Shown: positions 40,157-49,955, counted from the first letter of the stretch. The stretch: DNA of 64,000 nucleotides from Candidatus Woesebacteria bacterium (GCA_035450165.1 DAOTMI010000001.1:45888-109887), one strand, 5' to 3'. Program-made: numbers and translations. Notes: generated by a model not told the origin, from the sequence alone.

Positions 40157-41575
40157 TTAAAGAGATTCGACAAGTTGATCAAGAGACGTCGGATAACGGC
40201 CGGTTAAACAGGCTGTACATAACTGATTTTCTTTTAAACCAATCGCCTTAGTTAAACCGGCTAAGGTCATATAAGTAATACTGTCGGCCCCAATATACGC
40301 TTCAATTTCGGTTATTTTCCGTTTATAAGCTACTAATTCGGCTGGATCTGGAAAATCGACTCCATAAAAACAAGGATAAATCAACGGGGGACAAGTTGAT
40401 AATAAATGAACTTCTTTAGCCCCTCGGCTCCTGATTCTCTGAACAATACCCCGGCTGGTTGTTCCCCGAACAATCGAATCATCTATCAGCAAAACAATCT
40501 TATCTTTAACCACACCTTCAATAATTCTCATATTACCGGCAATTTCTTGGCGACGAATAGCTTCATTAGGCTTAAGAAAAACCCGACCGATAAAACGATT
40601 TTTCTCCAAAATATCTTTATATTGATACTTCAGCCGCTGAGCAAAAGCTAAACTAGCCGGGCGGGCAGTTTCCGGCACTGGCGCCACAATAACCTGCCGT
40701 TTTCCCCGTGATAATCTCTCATATAGAGGACTTTGACTGTAAATTTCCGCCAGTACTTTCCCTAAATTCCACCTTACTCGATTGACGCTAATATTTTCAA
40801 TAATTGAGGTTGATCGGGAAAAATAAACCCATTCAAAAAAACAATGGGCCCGTTTTTTCCGGTTTAAAATTTTTCTCTGGCAATCTAAATTTTTGCTGAT
40901 AAAAATAGCTTCGCCGGGTCTGACGTTGCTAACCGAATCAACCAAACTCTCGATAGCCACCGATTCTGAAGCAAAGGCATAAGCTTTAACCCGTCCATTC
41001 CAGGTTTTCTTCCCCCAAACGAAAGGGCGAATTGCATGGGGATCACGAAAAGCAAAAAAACCGGCATTGCGGATAACCGCCACCACCGAATAAGAACCAT
41101 CCAGTTTTTGCATGGTTTTTTTAGCAGCGGCAAAACAGCGTTGGGCTATTGGCCCAGTTTTACGATTGAAATAGTAGGCAAAAACCTTCAAAATTGTTTC
41201 GGCATCACAATCAGAATCGCAATAAATCCGGCTGTTTTCAAGCCGCTGCCGCAGTGATTTCTCATTATAAATATTGCCATTGTGAGCTAAGGCAATTCCT
41301 CCCTGATCGAGATAAAAAGGCTGAGAATCCAGCTTGCCGGCAGTGGTCGGATAACGCACTTGACCGATACCCATTGACCCCTTTAAACCTTCAACTTTTT
41401 TCCAATTAAAAACTTCTGCTACTAGTCCTCGACCTTTGACTAAATAGACTTGGTTTTCATCAGTAGTAAAAATACCAGCGTTATCCTGACCCCGGTGCTG
41501 AAGATTTAGTAAGCCGTTATACAGGTCAAAACTGACCTGCCGACCCGGAGCGATGAGACCAATAATGCCACACAT
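40157..41575 (-). CDS. purF: amidophosphoribosyltransferase (glutamine-PRPP amidotransferase)
   Basis: 472 aa. An Ntn-hydrolase start (MCGIIG) and the PRTase motif VLLIDDSIVRGTTS. No SIS domains, so it is not GlmS. Confidence 0.8.
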   Translation of the reverse strand: MCGIIGLIAPGRQVSFDLYNGLLNLQHRGQDNAGIFTTDENQVYLVKGRGLVAEVFNWKKVEGLKGSMGIGQVRYPTTAGKLDSQPFYLDQGGIALAHNGNIYNEKSLRQRLENSRIYCDSDCDAETILKVFAYYFNRKTGPIAQRCFAAAKKTMQKLDGSYSVVAVIRNAGFFAFRDPHAIRPFVWGKKTWNGRVKAYAFASESVAIESLVDSVSNVRPGEAIFISKNLDCQRKILNRKKRAHCFFEWVYFSRSTSIIENISVNRVRWNLGKVLAEIYSQSPLYERLSRGKRQVIVAPVPETARPASLAFAQRLKYQYKDILEKNRFIGRVFLKPNEAIRRQEIAGNMRIIEGVVKDKIVLLIDDSIVRGTTSRGIVQRIRSRGAKEVHLLSTCPPLIYPCFYGVDFPDPAELVAYKRKITEIEAYIGADSITYMTLAGLTKAIGLKENQLCTACLTGRYPTSLDQLVESL

Positions 41576-41701
41576 GAGTCAATTATAACCCCTCCCCTTT
41601 CACCAATCTCAATTGAATTTATTTTCCTTTCTTTACCCATAAATTATTTATTTTCTCAATTACTAACATAGAATAGTTGGGGCAAAATAATAATATACCG
41701 G

Positions 41702-42301
41702 TTATTTAAAAACAAACTCATCCCGGGAGACTTTCCCGGAAACAGATTGGGCCTCAACCACAATTTTATTGTCTTTTGGTGGATAATTTAAACTCTTACC
41801 AAAATGACCTTTTTCATCAACAACTACCAAGTCACCATTAATCTTGACCGTAGCATCATCAGCCGTTTCTCCCGATATTTCAACCGTTTCACTAGCAACC
41901 GGCAAAGACGGCCAATTGATCTTTAAAGGCGGCGGCGAATTATAGCGATAATATTCAAAAATTAAATAAGCGGCAAAAAGGAAAATGCCGATATAAATAA
42001 CACAAATAAAAGTGAATTGGGGTGTAAAGCTGAACTTCTCCCGGCGCCATGAGGCCGGCTTGGTTTTAACGTCAAAATCGCGGTGGAAAAGGGACAAAAT
42101 ATAGTCACCGTTCAGACCTAAATACTGGGCATAATCTTTCACCATCAACGAGCAGTAGGGTTCGGCTGGAAAATTTTTTTTATCTTCAGTTTCAAAAGCC
42201 TGAAGGTATTTGACTGGAATTTTCGTTTTCCGGGCAATTTCCTCCAGAGTTAATTCCTTCTCCAAGCGGGTAGTAGTCAAAATGCCAGCAGCTCGATACA
42301 T
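41702..42301 (-). CDS. rodZ: RodZ-like protein with an N-terminal HTH and a single TM
   Basis: 199 aa. HTH (LTLEEIARKTKIPVKYLQAFETEDKKNFPAEPYCSLMVKDYAQYLGL) closely parallels the RodZ N-domain. A TM follows (FICVIYIGIFLFAAYLIFEYY), then a small C-terminal domain. Confidence 0.6.
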   Translation of the reverse strand: MYRAAGILTTTRLEKELTLEEIARKTKIPVKYLQAFETEDKKNFPAEPYCSLMVKDYAQYLGLNGDYILSLFHRDFDVKTKPASWRREKFSFTPQFTFICVIYIGIFLFAAYLIFEYYRYNSPPPLKINWPSLPVASETVEISGETADDATVKINGDLVVVDEKGHFGKSLNYPPKDNKIVVEAQSVSGKVSRDEFVFK

Positions 42302-42339
42302 ACAATTTTAATTCAAAATTTAAAATTTTTAATATCTAT

Positions 42340-42364
42340 GACCAGCCTGCCGGACGGGCAGGTC
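42340..42364 (-). terminator. GC-rich hairpin at the ftsK stop. Second copy of the CCAGCCTGCCGG...GGCAGG palindromic element.
   Basis: gaccagcctgccggacgggcaggtc has a 6-bp CCTGCC/GGCAGG stem inside an outer GACC/GGTC. It overlaps the ftsK TAG stop and is followed by an AT-rich tract on the minus strand. Confidence 0.4.
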
Positions 42365-44445
42365 TATGATCTAATTTGGCGATGGGGAATCAAAATATCC
42401 CGAGGTTTGGCTCCTTTCGACGGGCCAACAATACCTGCTTTTTCCAGTTGATCAATAACCCGAGCCGCCCGGGCATAACCCAAGTTAAGTCGGCGCTGTA
42501 AAAATGATGAGGAAGCTTGACCACTCTCAGCAATCAATTTAACGGCTTGATCAAAAAGAGCATCCCTCTCCTCACCATCAACCGAAACAATATTTTTGCC
42601 GGCCGTACCCTTACCGGTAACTGGTTGGCTGACAATCTCATTGTTATAATTCGGTTGTTGTTGAGATTTGACAAACTCAATTAATTTATCCCGTTCTTTA
42701 TCAGAAACAAAGCAACCCTGAACCCGAATTGGTTTAGCCAATTCAGGGGGAATATACAACATATCACCCCGGCCAAGTAACTTTTCCGCCCCGGGTAAAT
42801 CAAGAATTACCCGAGAATCCATCATTGAAGTTACCGCAAAAGCAATTCGGGTAGGAATATTAGCCTTAATTAGACCCGTAATCACATTAACCGACGGATG
42901 TTGGGTAGAAAGAATCAAATGAATTCCAACCGCTCGGGCCATCTGGGCAATTCGACAAAGAGCCTCTTCGACTTCTGTCGGTGAAGCCATCATAATATCA
43001 TTTAACTCATCAATGATGATAAGAATATAAGGCATAGAAACAAAACCGGCTTTTTCATTTAAAGTCTCAATATTACGAACACCAGCCTCGGTAAGTTGAC
43101 GATAACGGTTTTCCATTTCTTTAATTGTCCATTTTAGGGCTGAAATAATTTTTTCCGGCTCAACAATTACCGGTTGAAGCAAATGGGGAATATCATTATA
43201 AGGTGTTAACTCAACTCTCTTGGGATCAACTAAAATCAGCTTTACCTCCTCTGGACTGGCTCGAAAAAGAAGGGTGCAAATCCAAGAATTAATACAAACT
43301 GATTTACCTGAATTAGTTTGACCGGCAATCAAAACGTGGGGCATTTTGGCAATATCAGCCACCTTTGGTCTACCAGCCACGTCTAAACCTAACGGAACCA
43401 TAATTTTAGATTTACTTTGCTTCATTACCTCCGACTCCAAAATAGCCCGCAAAGGTACGACTTGAAGGCTATGATTAGGCACTTCAATTCCTACTAAAGA
43501 TCGGCCGGGAATAGGAGCTTCAATCCTAACCTGACCGCCCGGAGCTGACAAAGCCATGGCCAAATCATTACTTAAGGAAACAATTTTAGCCAATTTTGTC
43601 CCCAAAGCTACCTCTAAGGCATACTGAGTAACTGAGGGGCTGTCGTTAATTTCAACTACTTTAGCGGTAATACCGAAAGAATCTAGAGTCTCTTCAATAG
43701 TCTTGGCATTCTTGCCAACATTACCCCGATCGGCTGGCGCCCCCAAACTGTTATCAAATAAAGTTATCGGCGGATATTGCCAAATTTGATTACTACCTAC
43801 CGGCACCGGTGATTTAAAGGGGGCATTAATAACATAATCTTCTATCTTTACCTGCTTTTCATCCTTTGTTTCGTCTTTAGGCGGTAAGGAAGAACCCAAC
43901 CGAGGCACTATTTTTTCCCTTCTTACCGTTGATTTAACTCCACTACCAACGGTATATTTTTTAATGGCTTTAAAAATCTTCACGCAAAATTTTACCAGCT
44001 GGGCAACATTAGTATCGAAAAGAATAACAAAACCGGCAATTAAACAGATAAAATAAACTATCGAACTAATTAGTTCGCCAAAGGAATTGATTAATAAGTC
44101 ACGGCAATAATTACCAACGATACCGGCTCGAAAAAGAGAAATCAAAGCAATAAACATGATTACAAACCCTAAAAAAATATTTGGTTCTTTCAGAGGAAAT
44201 TTAACTTTAACAAAAAGAAAGGCGGTAAGTAGAAATAAAAATGGAATAAAAACAGCTAAAAATCCGAAATAATTCTGTAATGTTAAACTAATTTTAGTCG
44301 GTATTGGTCCGATTTCTAAGAAAGAAAAAACCGTGATTATTGCCGCCATGAAAAAAAACAAAAACAAAATAGTCTGGAAAGTTTCTCTTTTTATTTTAAA
44401 AAGAGAAAAAAAACGGCGTTTTCTTTTTCTACCTCGTTTGGCCAT
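42364..44445 (-). CDS. ftsK: DNA translocase FtsK/SpoIIIE
   Basis: 693 aa. Four N-terminal TMs, a linker, a motor domain with Walker A GQTNSGKS and Walker B, and a C-terminal gamma winged-helix (SSFLQRRLNLGYARAARVIDQLEKAGIVG). Confidence 0.9.
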   Translation of the reverse strand: MAKRGRKRKRRFFSLFKIKRETFQTILFLFFFMAAIITVFSFLEIGPIPTKISLTLQNYFGFLAVFIPFLFLLTAFLFVKVKFPLKEPNIFLGFVIMFIALISLFRAGIVGNYCRDLLINSFGELISSIVYFICLIAGFVILFDTNVAQLVKFCVKIFKAIKKYTVGSGVKSTVRREKIVPRLGSSLPPKDETKDEKQVKIEDYVINAPFKSPVPVGSNQIWQYPPITLFDNSLGAPADRGNVGKNAKTIEETLDSFGITAKVVEINDSPSVTQYALEVALGTKLAKIVSLSNDLAMALSAPGGQVRIEAPIPGRSLVGIEVPNHSLQVVPLRAILESEVMKQSKSKIMVPLGLDVAGRPKVADIAKMPHVLIAGQTNSGKSVCINSWICTLLFRASPEEVKLILVDPKRVELTPYNDIPHLLQPVIVEPEKIISALKWTIKEMENRYRQLTEAGVRNIETLNEKAGFVSMPYILIIIDELNDIMMASPTEVEEALCRIAQMARAVGIHLILSTQHPSVNVITGLIKANIPTRIAFAVTSMMDSRVILDLPGAEKLLGRGDMLYIPPELAKPIRVQGCFVSDKERDKLIEFVKSQQQPNYNNEIVSQPVTGKGTAGKNIVSVDGEERDALFDQAVKLIAESGQASSSFLQRRLNLGYARAARVIDQLEKAGIVGPSKGAKPRDILIPHRQIRS

Positions 44446-45637
44446 ATTTCAGTATAGCATCATCAACCGGAATTATCTTGATTTTATTGCTATTTCGACG
44501 TTTTATTTCTATTCCGCCGGCTTGAAGACTTTTGGATGAAACAAGCCAGCGCCAGGGCAAACCGATTAAATCCGCATCGGTCAACTTAACTCCCGGAGTA
44601 ACTTCCTTCCGATCATCAAAAAGAACATTGTTCTCACCCAATTTATGGTAAATTTCTTCGGCTTTGGGATCAAGACCGACTAAATGAATCGGATAAGGCG
44701 CTGCTACTTCCGGCCAAATAATCCCCCGGTCATCATGAAAAACTTCCACCAAGGTCCCCATTAGACGGCTTGGTCCCAAACCATAACAACCCATTAAAAC
44801 CGGTCTTAACTCTCCCTGTTCATTGGTATAATTAAAACCGAAGGCAGCACTGAATTTAGTTCCCAGCTTAAAAATATTGGCGACTTCGATCGCCTTTTTC
44901 TCAACTAAATTGGCCGAATTACATTTAGGGCAGGTTTTTTGCTCTTCAATCAATTCCTTATTTACCGCCACTTGGCATTGATCACAAAGATAAATTAAAT
45001 CTTCACCGGTTGGGCAAATAGTCTGAAATTCATGAGAATATTTAGAAAAACTACCGCCGGAGGCATAAGTTAAAAAAGTAATTTCGCCTAAATTAAGGCG
45101 ATTAAAAATTCTTCGGTATGTCTCAATCACCTGATTATAAAACTTGTCCAAGTCTTTTTCGTCGGCATGAAAAGAGTAGAGATCTTTCATATTAAATTCC
45201 AAATTCCGTAATAAACCGGATTTAGCCCGAGGTTCATGCCTAAATTTTTCTTGAATTTGGTAAACAGCCAAAGGTAAATCCCGATAGGAAAAAACGTATT
45301 GCTGAACCAAAGGGGTAACAACTTCCTCATGGGTTGGATTTAAAACCAGCTGACCCAGCCGATAAAGAACAGTCAATTTATCGCGGCCGGTTTTCTGCCA
45401 CTTCTGACAAGAGGATAAAACCGGCAGTAAAATCTCCTGAGCCCCCAATTGATTCATTTCCTCCCGGACAATATTTTGAATTTTAGTCAATACCTGAAGG
45501 CCAAGAGGCAAATAGCTGTAAACACCGGCTAATTCCTTATTAATAAACCCGGCTTGAGTCAAAAGCTTGGCATTAATCGAATCGGCATCAGCGGCGATAT
45601 TTTTCGTTGTCCGGCCAAAAAGTTGAGAATAACGCAT
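44429..45637 (-). CDS. proS: prolyl-tRNA synthetase, compact form without an editing insertion and with a Zn-ribbon insertion
   Basis: 402 aa. MRYSQLFGRT...VYSYLPLGLQVLTKIQNIVREEMN is the ProRS motif 1 region. The anticodon-binding domain is present. CDQC...CPKC insertion. Confidence 0.8.
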   Translation of the reverse strand: MRYSQLFGRTTKNIAADADSINAKLLTQAGFINKELAGVYSYLPLGLQVLTKIQNIVREEMNQLGAQEILLPVLSSCQKWQKTGRDKLTVLYRLGQLVLNPTHEEVVTPLVQQYVFSYRDLPLAVYQIQEKFRHEPRAKSGLLRNLEFNMKDLYSFHADEKDLDKFYNQVIETYRRIFNRLNLGEITFLTYASGGSFSKYSHEFQTICPTGEDLIYLCDQCQVAVNKELIEEQKTCPKCNSANLVEKKAIEVANIFKLGTKFSAAFGFNYTNEQGELRPVLMGCYGLGPSRLMGTLVEVFHDDRGIIWPEVAAPYPIHLVGLDPKAEEIYHKLGENNVLFDDRKEVTPGVKLTDADLIGLPWRWLVSSKSLQAGGIEIKRRNSNKIKIIPVDDAILKYGQTR

Positions 45638-45821
45638 AAACTATTATAGCCCAATCAAATTACTTTTCTGACCCGGAACAGATCACTCTTTTTTCCTTGG
45701 CCAAAATTTTTCATTTTTATTCGCCCTTCTTGACGGAACGATTGAATTAGATTTTGAAGATTTTTATCAGGCATAATCTAAATTATACCCGTCGGGGTAA
45801 AATTACAACTCTTTTCTCAAT

Positions 45822-46565
45822 TTAGAACCGCAATTTATACAATCGGTTTAATACATCTAGATTTTTCCTTCTCATAATCAAAGTTGCTTCTTTATCACCA
45901 GTGGTGTCTCCCGACCTATTTTCAATAGAGTTCAATAAAATTTTATAAGCTCTAGAAGCCAGCTTACTTCGCATTGGATTGTTTTCTTCTATTAATCTCA
46001 GTATACCGACTATGGTTTCCCAGTTTTCCCAGGTTTTCCAGGTTTCCCAGACTTCCCAGTTACACGGTCGACTTTCCTCCTCCAATTTCCCGCTTACCTT
46101 TTTCTCTATCTCAGCCATATCAAGAAAGTCTTCGGCTGCCCAGCAACGAGCCCAATCAGGATCAGAAAATTCTTTTTGATCTCTGCTACCTAAAAAACTT
46201 AAATTTTCATCGACTAAAATAGCATACTCCCTTTTAATGCCTGCCTCATTAGTCGATTTTATTCCCTCAATCATCCTATCGTTTAAAACAAACAATAAAT
46301 TATTTCTCGATTCAAACGGCTCTATTTTTCTAACCATTTTGAGTAAAACTCTCAACTCTTCAGGATTCTTTTCTCCTGCCGCTATTGGACCCTTTTCATT
46401 CTCCTCTACAATATCGCTCCAAACATCGTCAACTTTCTCACTGTATTCTTTACGACCAATCCAACAACATTCTTCTTCACTCCCCCTGAAAACAAAATTC
46501 TTTTCAAACAAAGTAGAAGCGGTTTCATTTTCTCTTTTTTCAGTCATGTGACGTCTATATATCAT
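45822..46565 (-). CDS. hypothetical acidic protein with a tryptophan-periodic repeat (WEVWETWKTWENWET)
   Basis: 247 aa, very acidic, with no TM. The W-x-x repeat is encoded by the 9-bp tandem DNA repeat at 46014-46058. Confidence 0.5.
   Translation of the reverse strand: MIYRRHMTEKRENETASTLFEKNFVFRGSEEECCWIGRKEYSEKVDDVWSDIVEENEKGPIAAGEKNPEELRVLLKMVRKIEPFESRNNLLFVLNDRMIEGIKSTNEAGIKREYAILVDENLSFLGSRDQKEFSDPDWARCWAAEDFLDMAEIEKKVSGKLEEESRPCNWEVWETWKTWENWETIVGILRLIEENNPMRSKLASRAYKILLNSIENRSGDTTGDKEATLIMRRKNLDVLNRLYKLRF
46014..46058. repeat. 9-bp tandem repeat x5 (ggtttccca variants) within the CDS 45822-46565
   Basis: ggtttccca / gttttccca / ggttttcca / ggtttccca / gacttccca read directly. In-frame (3n) on the minus strand, encoding WE(V/T/N), WKT units. 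Confidence 0.8.
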
Positions 46566-46638
46566 AATAGAACAAAAAAGTCAACACAAGGTTTTCCATG
46601 TAGAGACGTCCGCCTAGGCGGATGGGGGGATTTCTAAT

Positions 46639-48351
46639 TTAGACTTCAATCACCAGCGGCAGAACCATCGGCTGGCGGCCGGTCTTATCAAAAATAATCT
46701 TTTCTAAATGGGCCTGAATTTCGGTCCGAATAAACTCAAAATTAGCTGGCTTACTGGTAGTCTGTTTAAATTTATTGGCAGCCTCAATTTTAAGATATTT
46801 CATTAAATCAGGATTGTCTTTAACAAAAACGAAGCCGCGGGAAAGAATTACCGGTTCTTTAAATAATTCACCGGTTTCTTTATTGACCAATAAAACTACT
46901 GAAAACATCCCATCTTCAGCCAAAGTTTTCCGATCCCGCAAAACCGTCAAACCAACATCGCCGATACCCAAACCGTCAATCAAAACTTTCTTTAACGGCA
47001 CCCGATAGGTTAAACTGACACCGCCGGATTGACTAAAAGTAATAGCCTGATCAAATTCCGGAGTAATAATCTGTTCATCCCGATAACCCAATTTTTTAGC
47101 CATTAATTGATAACTTCTTATATGACGAAAATTACCGCCAATAGGCAGCAAATATTTTGGTTTAAGCAAATTAATTAAAATCGCTTGTTCATGCTGATAA
47201 CCATGGCCGGTGACATGAAGCTCCTCTTTTTCACTGTAGGCTACTTCGGCGCCTAATCGGGAAAGGGTATCAATTAAATTATAAATATCGGTAGTCGTCC
47301 CTGGAATATAATCAGGGGAACTAAAAATCACCCGATCAGTGTTTTTAATTTTAATCTTGTGCTTGCCCATAACTATCTTGGATAAAGCTGAATCTGGTTG
47401 AGCTGAAAAGCCGGCGACTAAAAAAAGTAATTTGTTGTCCGGGAAATTTTTATGACTTTCTAGAGGAATAATATCGCTGGGTTGTAGTTTAAGATAACCC
47501 AAATCACGGGCGATATTAATCGCCTTTTCCACCGACATTCCCACTAAAACAATTTTTCGGCCGCAACTTTTGGCAGATTCAATGGCCTGTCCCCAGCGGA
47601 CAATATTACTGGAAATAGAAGTTACCAGCACCCGGCCTTTGGCCGAGACAATCTCCCGTTTAAAATTATCCGCAATTGAACTTTCGGATGGACTGTAACC
47701 CTCATGATCAGCTCCCAAACAATCAGACAGCAAACACAAAACCTGTTGATGGCTGTTAAGACGGGCGATATGGGCTAAATCAGTTACCTGGCCATCGAGG
47801 GGAAAAAGGTCAAATTTAAAGTCAGATCCATGATAACAAATACCTAATGGTGAGTGAATAGCGAGATGAAAAGTATCGGGAATAGAATGAGTGACCCGAA
47901 CCGGCTCAATGGTAAATGGACCACAATTAATTAATTGGCCCTCGTTGTAAAGATTTAATCGGCAATGAAGATTAAACTCAGCCAGCCGGGATTCAATGAA
48001 AGCCGCCGCCAATTTAGGCGCATAAATAGGAAATTTATTGCCTAATAAATTTAAGACAAAACGAATTGCTCCAATATGATCTTCGTGACCATGGGTAATA
48101 AACATACCTAAAATACGGTCTTTTTTATCTTGGAGATAAGTCGTATCAGGAATTTGAAGATCAACCCCGAAAGTGTCCTCTTCCGGAAAACCAGTACCGC
48201 AGTCAACAATAATAATCTGACTTCGGCTAAAATCGCCTTGAGGTGCTAATTCATAGACAAACATGTTTTGGGTCACATCGCCAAAACCACCGAGGGAAAT
48301 AATTCTCAATAAATCATTTCCTTGAGAAAAAGTTTTTTGAAATTTTTTCAT
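46639..48351 (-). CDS. rnj: ribonuclease J (metallo-beta-lactamase / beta-CASP)
   Basis: 570 aa. HxHxDH motif (ITHGHEDHIGA), beta-CASP and C-terminal domains. Confidence 0.85.
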   Translation of the reverse strand: MKKFQKTFSQGNDLLRIISLGGFGDVTQNMFVYELAPQGDFSRSQIIIVDCGTGFPEEDTFGVDLQIPDTTYLQDKKDRILGMFITHGHEDHIGAIRFVLNLLGNKFPIYAPKLAAAFIESRLAEFNLHCRLNLYNEGQLINCGPFTIEPVRVTHSIPDTFHLAIHSPLGICYHGSDFKFDLFPLDGQVTDLAHIARLNSHQQVLCLLSDCLGADHEGYSPSESSIADNFKREIVSAKGRVLVTSISSNIVRWGQAIESAKSCGRKIVLVGMSVEKAINIARDLGYLKLQPSDIIPLESHKNFPDNKLLFLVAGFSAQPDSALSKIVMGKHKIKIKNTDRVIFSSPDYIPGTTTDIYNLIDTLSRLGAEVAYSEKEELHVTGHGYQHEQAILINLLKPKYLLPIGGNFRHIRSYQLMAKKLGYRDEQIITPEFDQAITFSQSGGVSLTYRVPLKKVLIDGLGIGDVGLTVLRDRKTLAEDGMFSVVLLVNKETGELFKEPVILSRGFVFVKDNPDLMKYLKIEAANKFKQTTSKPANFEFIRTEIQAHLEKIIFDKTGRQPMVLPLVIEV

Positions 48352-48354
48352 AAA

Positions 48355-48930
48355 TTAATTAAAAATTAAAAAATTACCAATAGTTTGAAAATCTTCTTCT
48401 AAAGTTAATAACATGGCCCCATTTCGGAGGGCAGCTGCCGGGTGATAAACCGGAATAATTGTTAAATTCATTCCCTCCCAGGTTATTTCTTTAATTTGCC
48501 CTCTAATTCGGGAAATTAATTCGCCAGGGAAAAAATAATTCATCGCCACTCCGCCGAGAGCCACGATCAGCTTGGGTTGTAAAACTTTAAGCTGGGCTTT
48601 TAAAAAAGGCGTACAAGCTTGAATTTCTTCCGGCAAAGGATCCCGATTTAGCGGCGGCCGGTGTTTAAGAATATTACAAATAAACACATCTTTTCTTGAA
48701 ATGTCAATAGAGGCCAAAAGTTTATCAAGTAATTTACCGGCATTACCAACAAAAGGCAGGCCGCTTTTGTCTTCAAAAAAGCCGGGGGCTTCACCGACAA
48801 AAACAATTTTAGCTTCAGGATTACCCGAACCAGGAACTGGATGAGTAGCGTCCTGATAAAGATGGCATTTACGGCATTGATTTATTAGAGAAGAAATATA
48901 GGTTAATTGTTGAGATTTAGAAGCGGTCAT
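48355..48930 (-). CDS. uracil-DNA glycosylase, family 4
   Basis: 191 aa. N-terminal Cys ligands for a 4Fe-4S cluster (CRKCHL), the family-4 motif GEAPGFFED, GLPFVGNAGKLL, and the C-terminal HPAA. Confidence 0.8.
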   Translation of the reverse strand: MTASKSQQLTYISSLINQCRKCHLYQDATHPVPGSGNPEAKIVFVGEAPGFFEDKSGLPFVGNAGKLLDKLLASIDISRKDVFICNILKHRPPLNRDPLPEEIQACTPFLKAQLKVLQPKLIVALGGVAMNYFFPGELISRIRGQIKEITWEGMNLTIIPVYHPAAALRNGAMLLTLEEDFQTIGNFLIFN

Positions 48931-49955
48931 TGGCTAAGAAATTGCTTAATATTGGTTTCGTCGATAGTAATCGGACTGGCAGTTTGACGGGAAAAAATTA
49001 ACAAAGCCGCCCGGCGGGCAATCGCTTCCAGATTTCTCTTCAAAGTCCTAACCCCGGCGTCAAAACCCAAAGGTCGGATAATCAGCGGCCAAACAGATGG
49101 ACTAATCACCAAATCTTGACTGGTCAAACCACTTCCTGATAAAACTTTAGGTAACAAATAATCCCGGCCAATTACGGTTTTTTCTTCATCAGTATAAGCT
49201 GGCATCATTAACGGCTCCAGCCGATCTAAAACAGCTGTTGCCAACCGATTGGTGTTATTACAGGTGGCACAAAAAATCACTTGGGATAAATCAAAAGGAT
49301 AATCAAGATAACTATCGGTAAAATGATCATTTTGTTCAGGATCGAGTAATTCAACTAAAGTTCCCATAATTGAACTGAAAGCCGGATCGGCTATTCGATC
49401 AATTTCATCCAGTAAAATAACCGGATTATTAGTTTGAACTGTTTTTAAGGCTTTAATAATAGCTCCGGGTTCAGCTTCGGAATCAAAGCGGGAATGGCCT
49501 CGGAGGTAAAAAGGATCGCCTAAGCCGCCAAATGGGATCCGGACATAGTTCCGACCAAGAGCGGCGGCAATACTCTCGGCTAAAGTTGTCTTGCCGGTTC
49601 CAACTAAACCGACGAAAAGAAAAATCGGCGCCCGGGAAAAAGTTAAATTACCCCGCTGTTTCTGCAGGGCCAGCACCGAAATATATTCTAAAATGCGCTG
49701 TTTAATTTCCGTCAAGCCATAATGGTATTTATCTAATTGCTCCTTAGCATAGGTTAAATCTAAAATATCCTGACTTGATTTATGCCAAGGAAGAGTCAAA
49801 AACCAATTAACATAGCGGCTAGTTAAGGGGAAATTATGAAGATCCAATTCCGCTTCAGTTAAAACCTCTTTTAACTTTTCTTCCCCTCCAACCGGTAAAT
49901 GAGCTGCTGCCACTTTTTCCGTTAGCTGACGAACCAATTCCTTAATCTTGTCCAT
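48927..49955 (-). CDS. Lon-derived AAA+ ATPase module, free-standing. It lacks the LON N-domain and the S16 protease domain.
   Basis: 342 aa. VNWFLTLPWHKSS matches Lon LDWLLSLPWGK. Walker A (GLVGTGKTT). RIPFGGLGDPFYLRGHSRF matches Lon R(V)SLGGVRDEAEIRGHRRT. Walker B ILLDEID. LLDPEQN. Sensor 2 GVRTLKR. The ORF ends after the AAA+ alpha-subdomain. The next gene (UDG) overlaps it by 4 nt. Confidence 0.7.
   Translation of the reverse strand: MDKIKELVRQLTEKVAAAHLPVGGEEKLKEVLTEAELDLHNFPLTSRYVNWFLTLPWHKSSQDILDLTYAKEQLDKYHYGLTEIKQRILEYISVLALQKQRGNLTFSRAPIFLFVGLVGTGKTTLAESIAAALGRNYVRIPFGGLGDPFYLRGHSRFDSEAEPGAIIKALKTVQTNNPVILLDEIDRIADPAFSSIMGTLVELLDPEQNDHFTDSYLDYPFDLSQVIFCATCNNTNRLATAVLDRLEPLMMPAYTDEEKTVIGRDYLLPKVLSGSGLTSQDLVISPSVWPLIIRPLGFDAGVRTLKRNLEAIARRAALLIFSRQTASPITIDETNIKQFLSQ

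Noticed and set aside
46600-46640. Palindrome TCCGCCTAGGCGGA as an intrinsic terminator for rnj
   Set aside because: It is a perfect 14-nt palindrome, but no U-tract follows on the minus strand. It was kept only as a mention in the W-repeat gene finding (possible operator), not annotated as a terminator.
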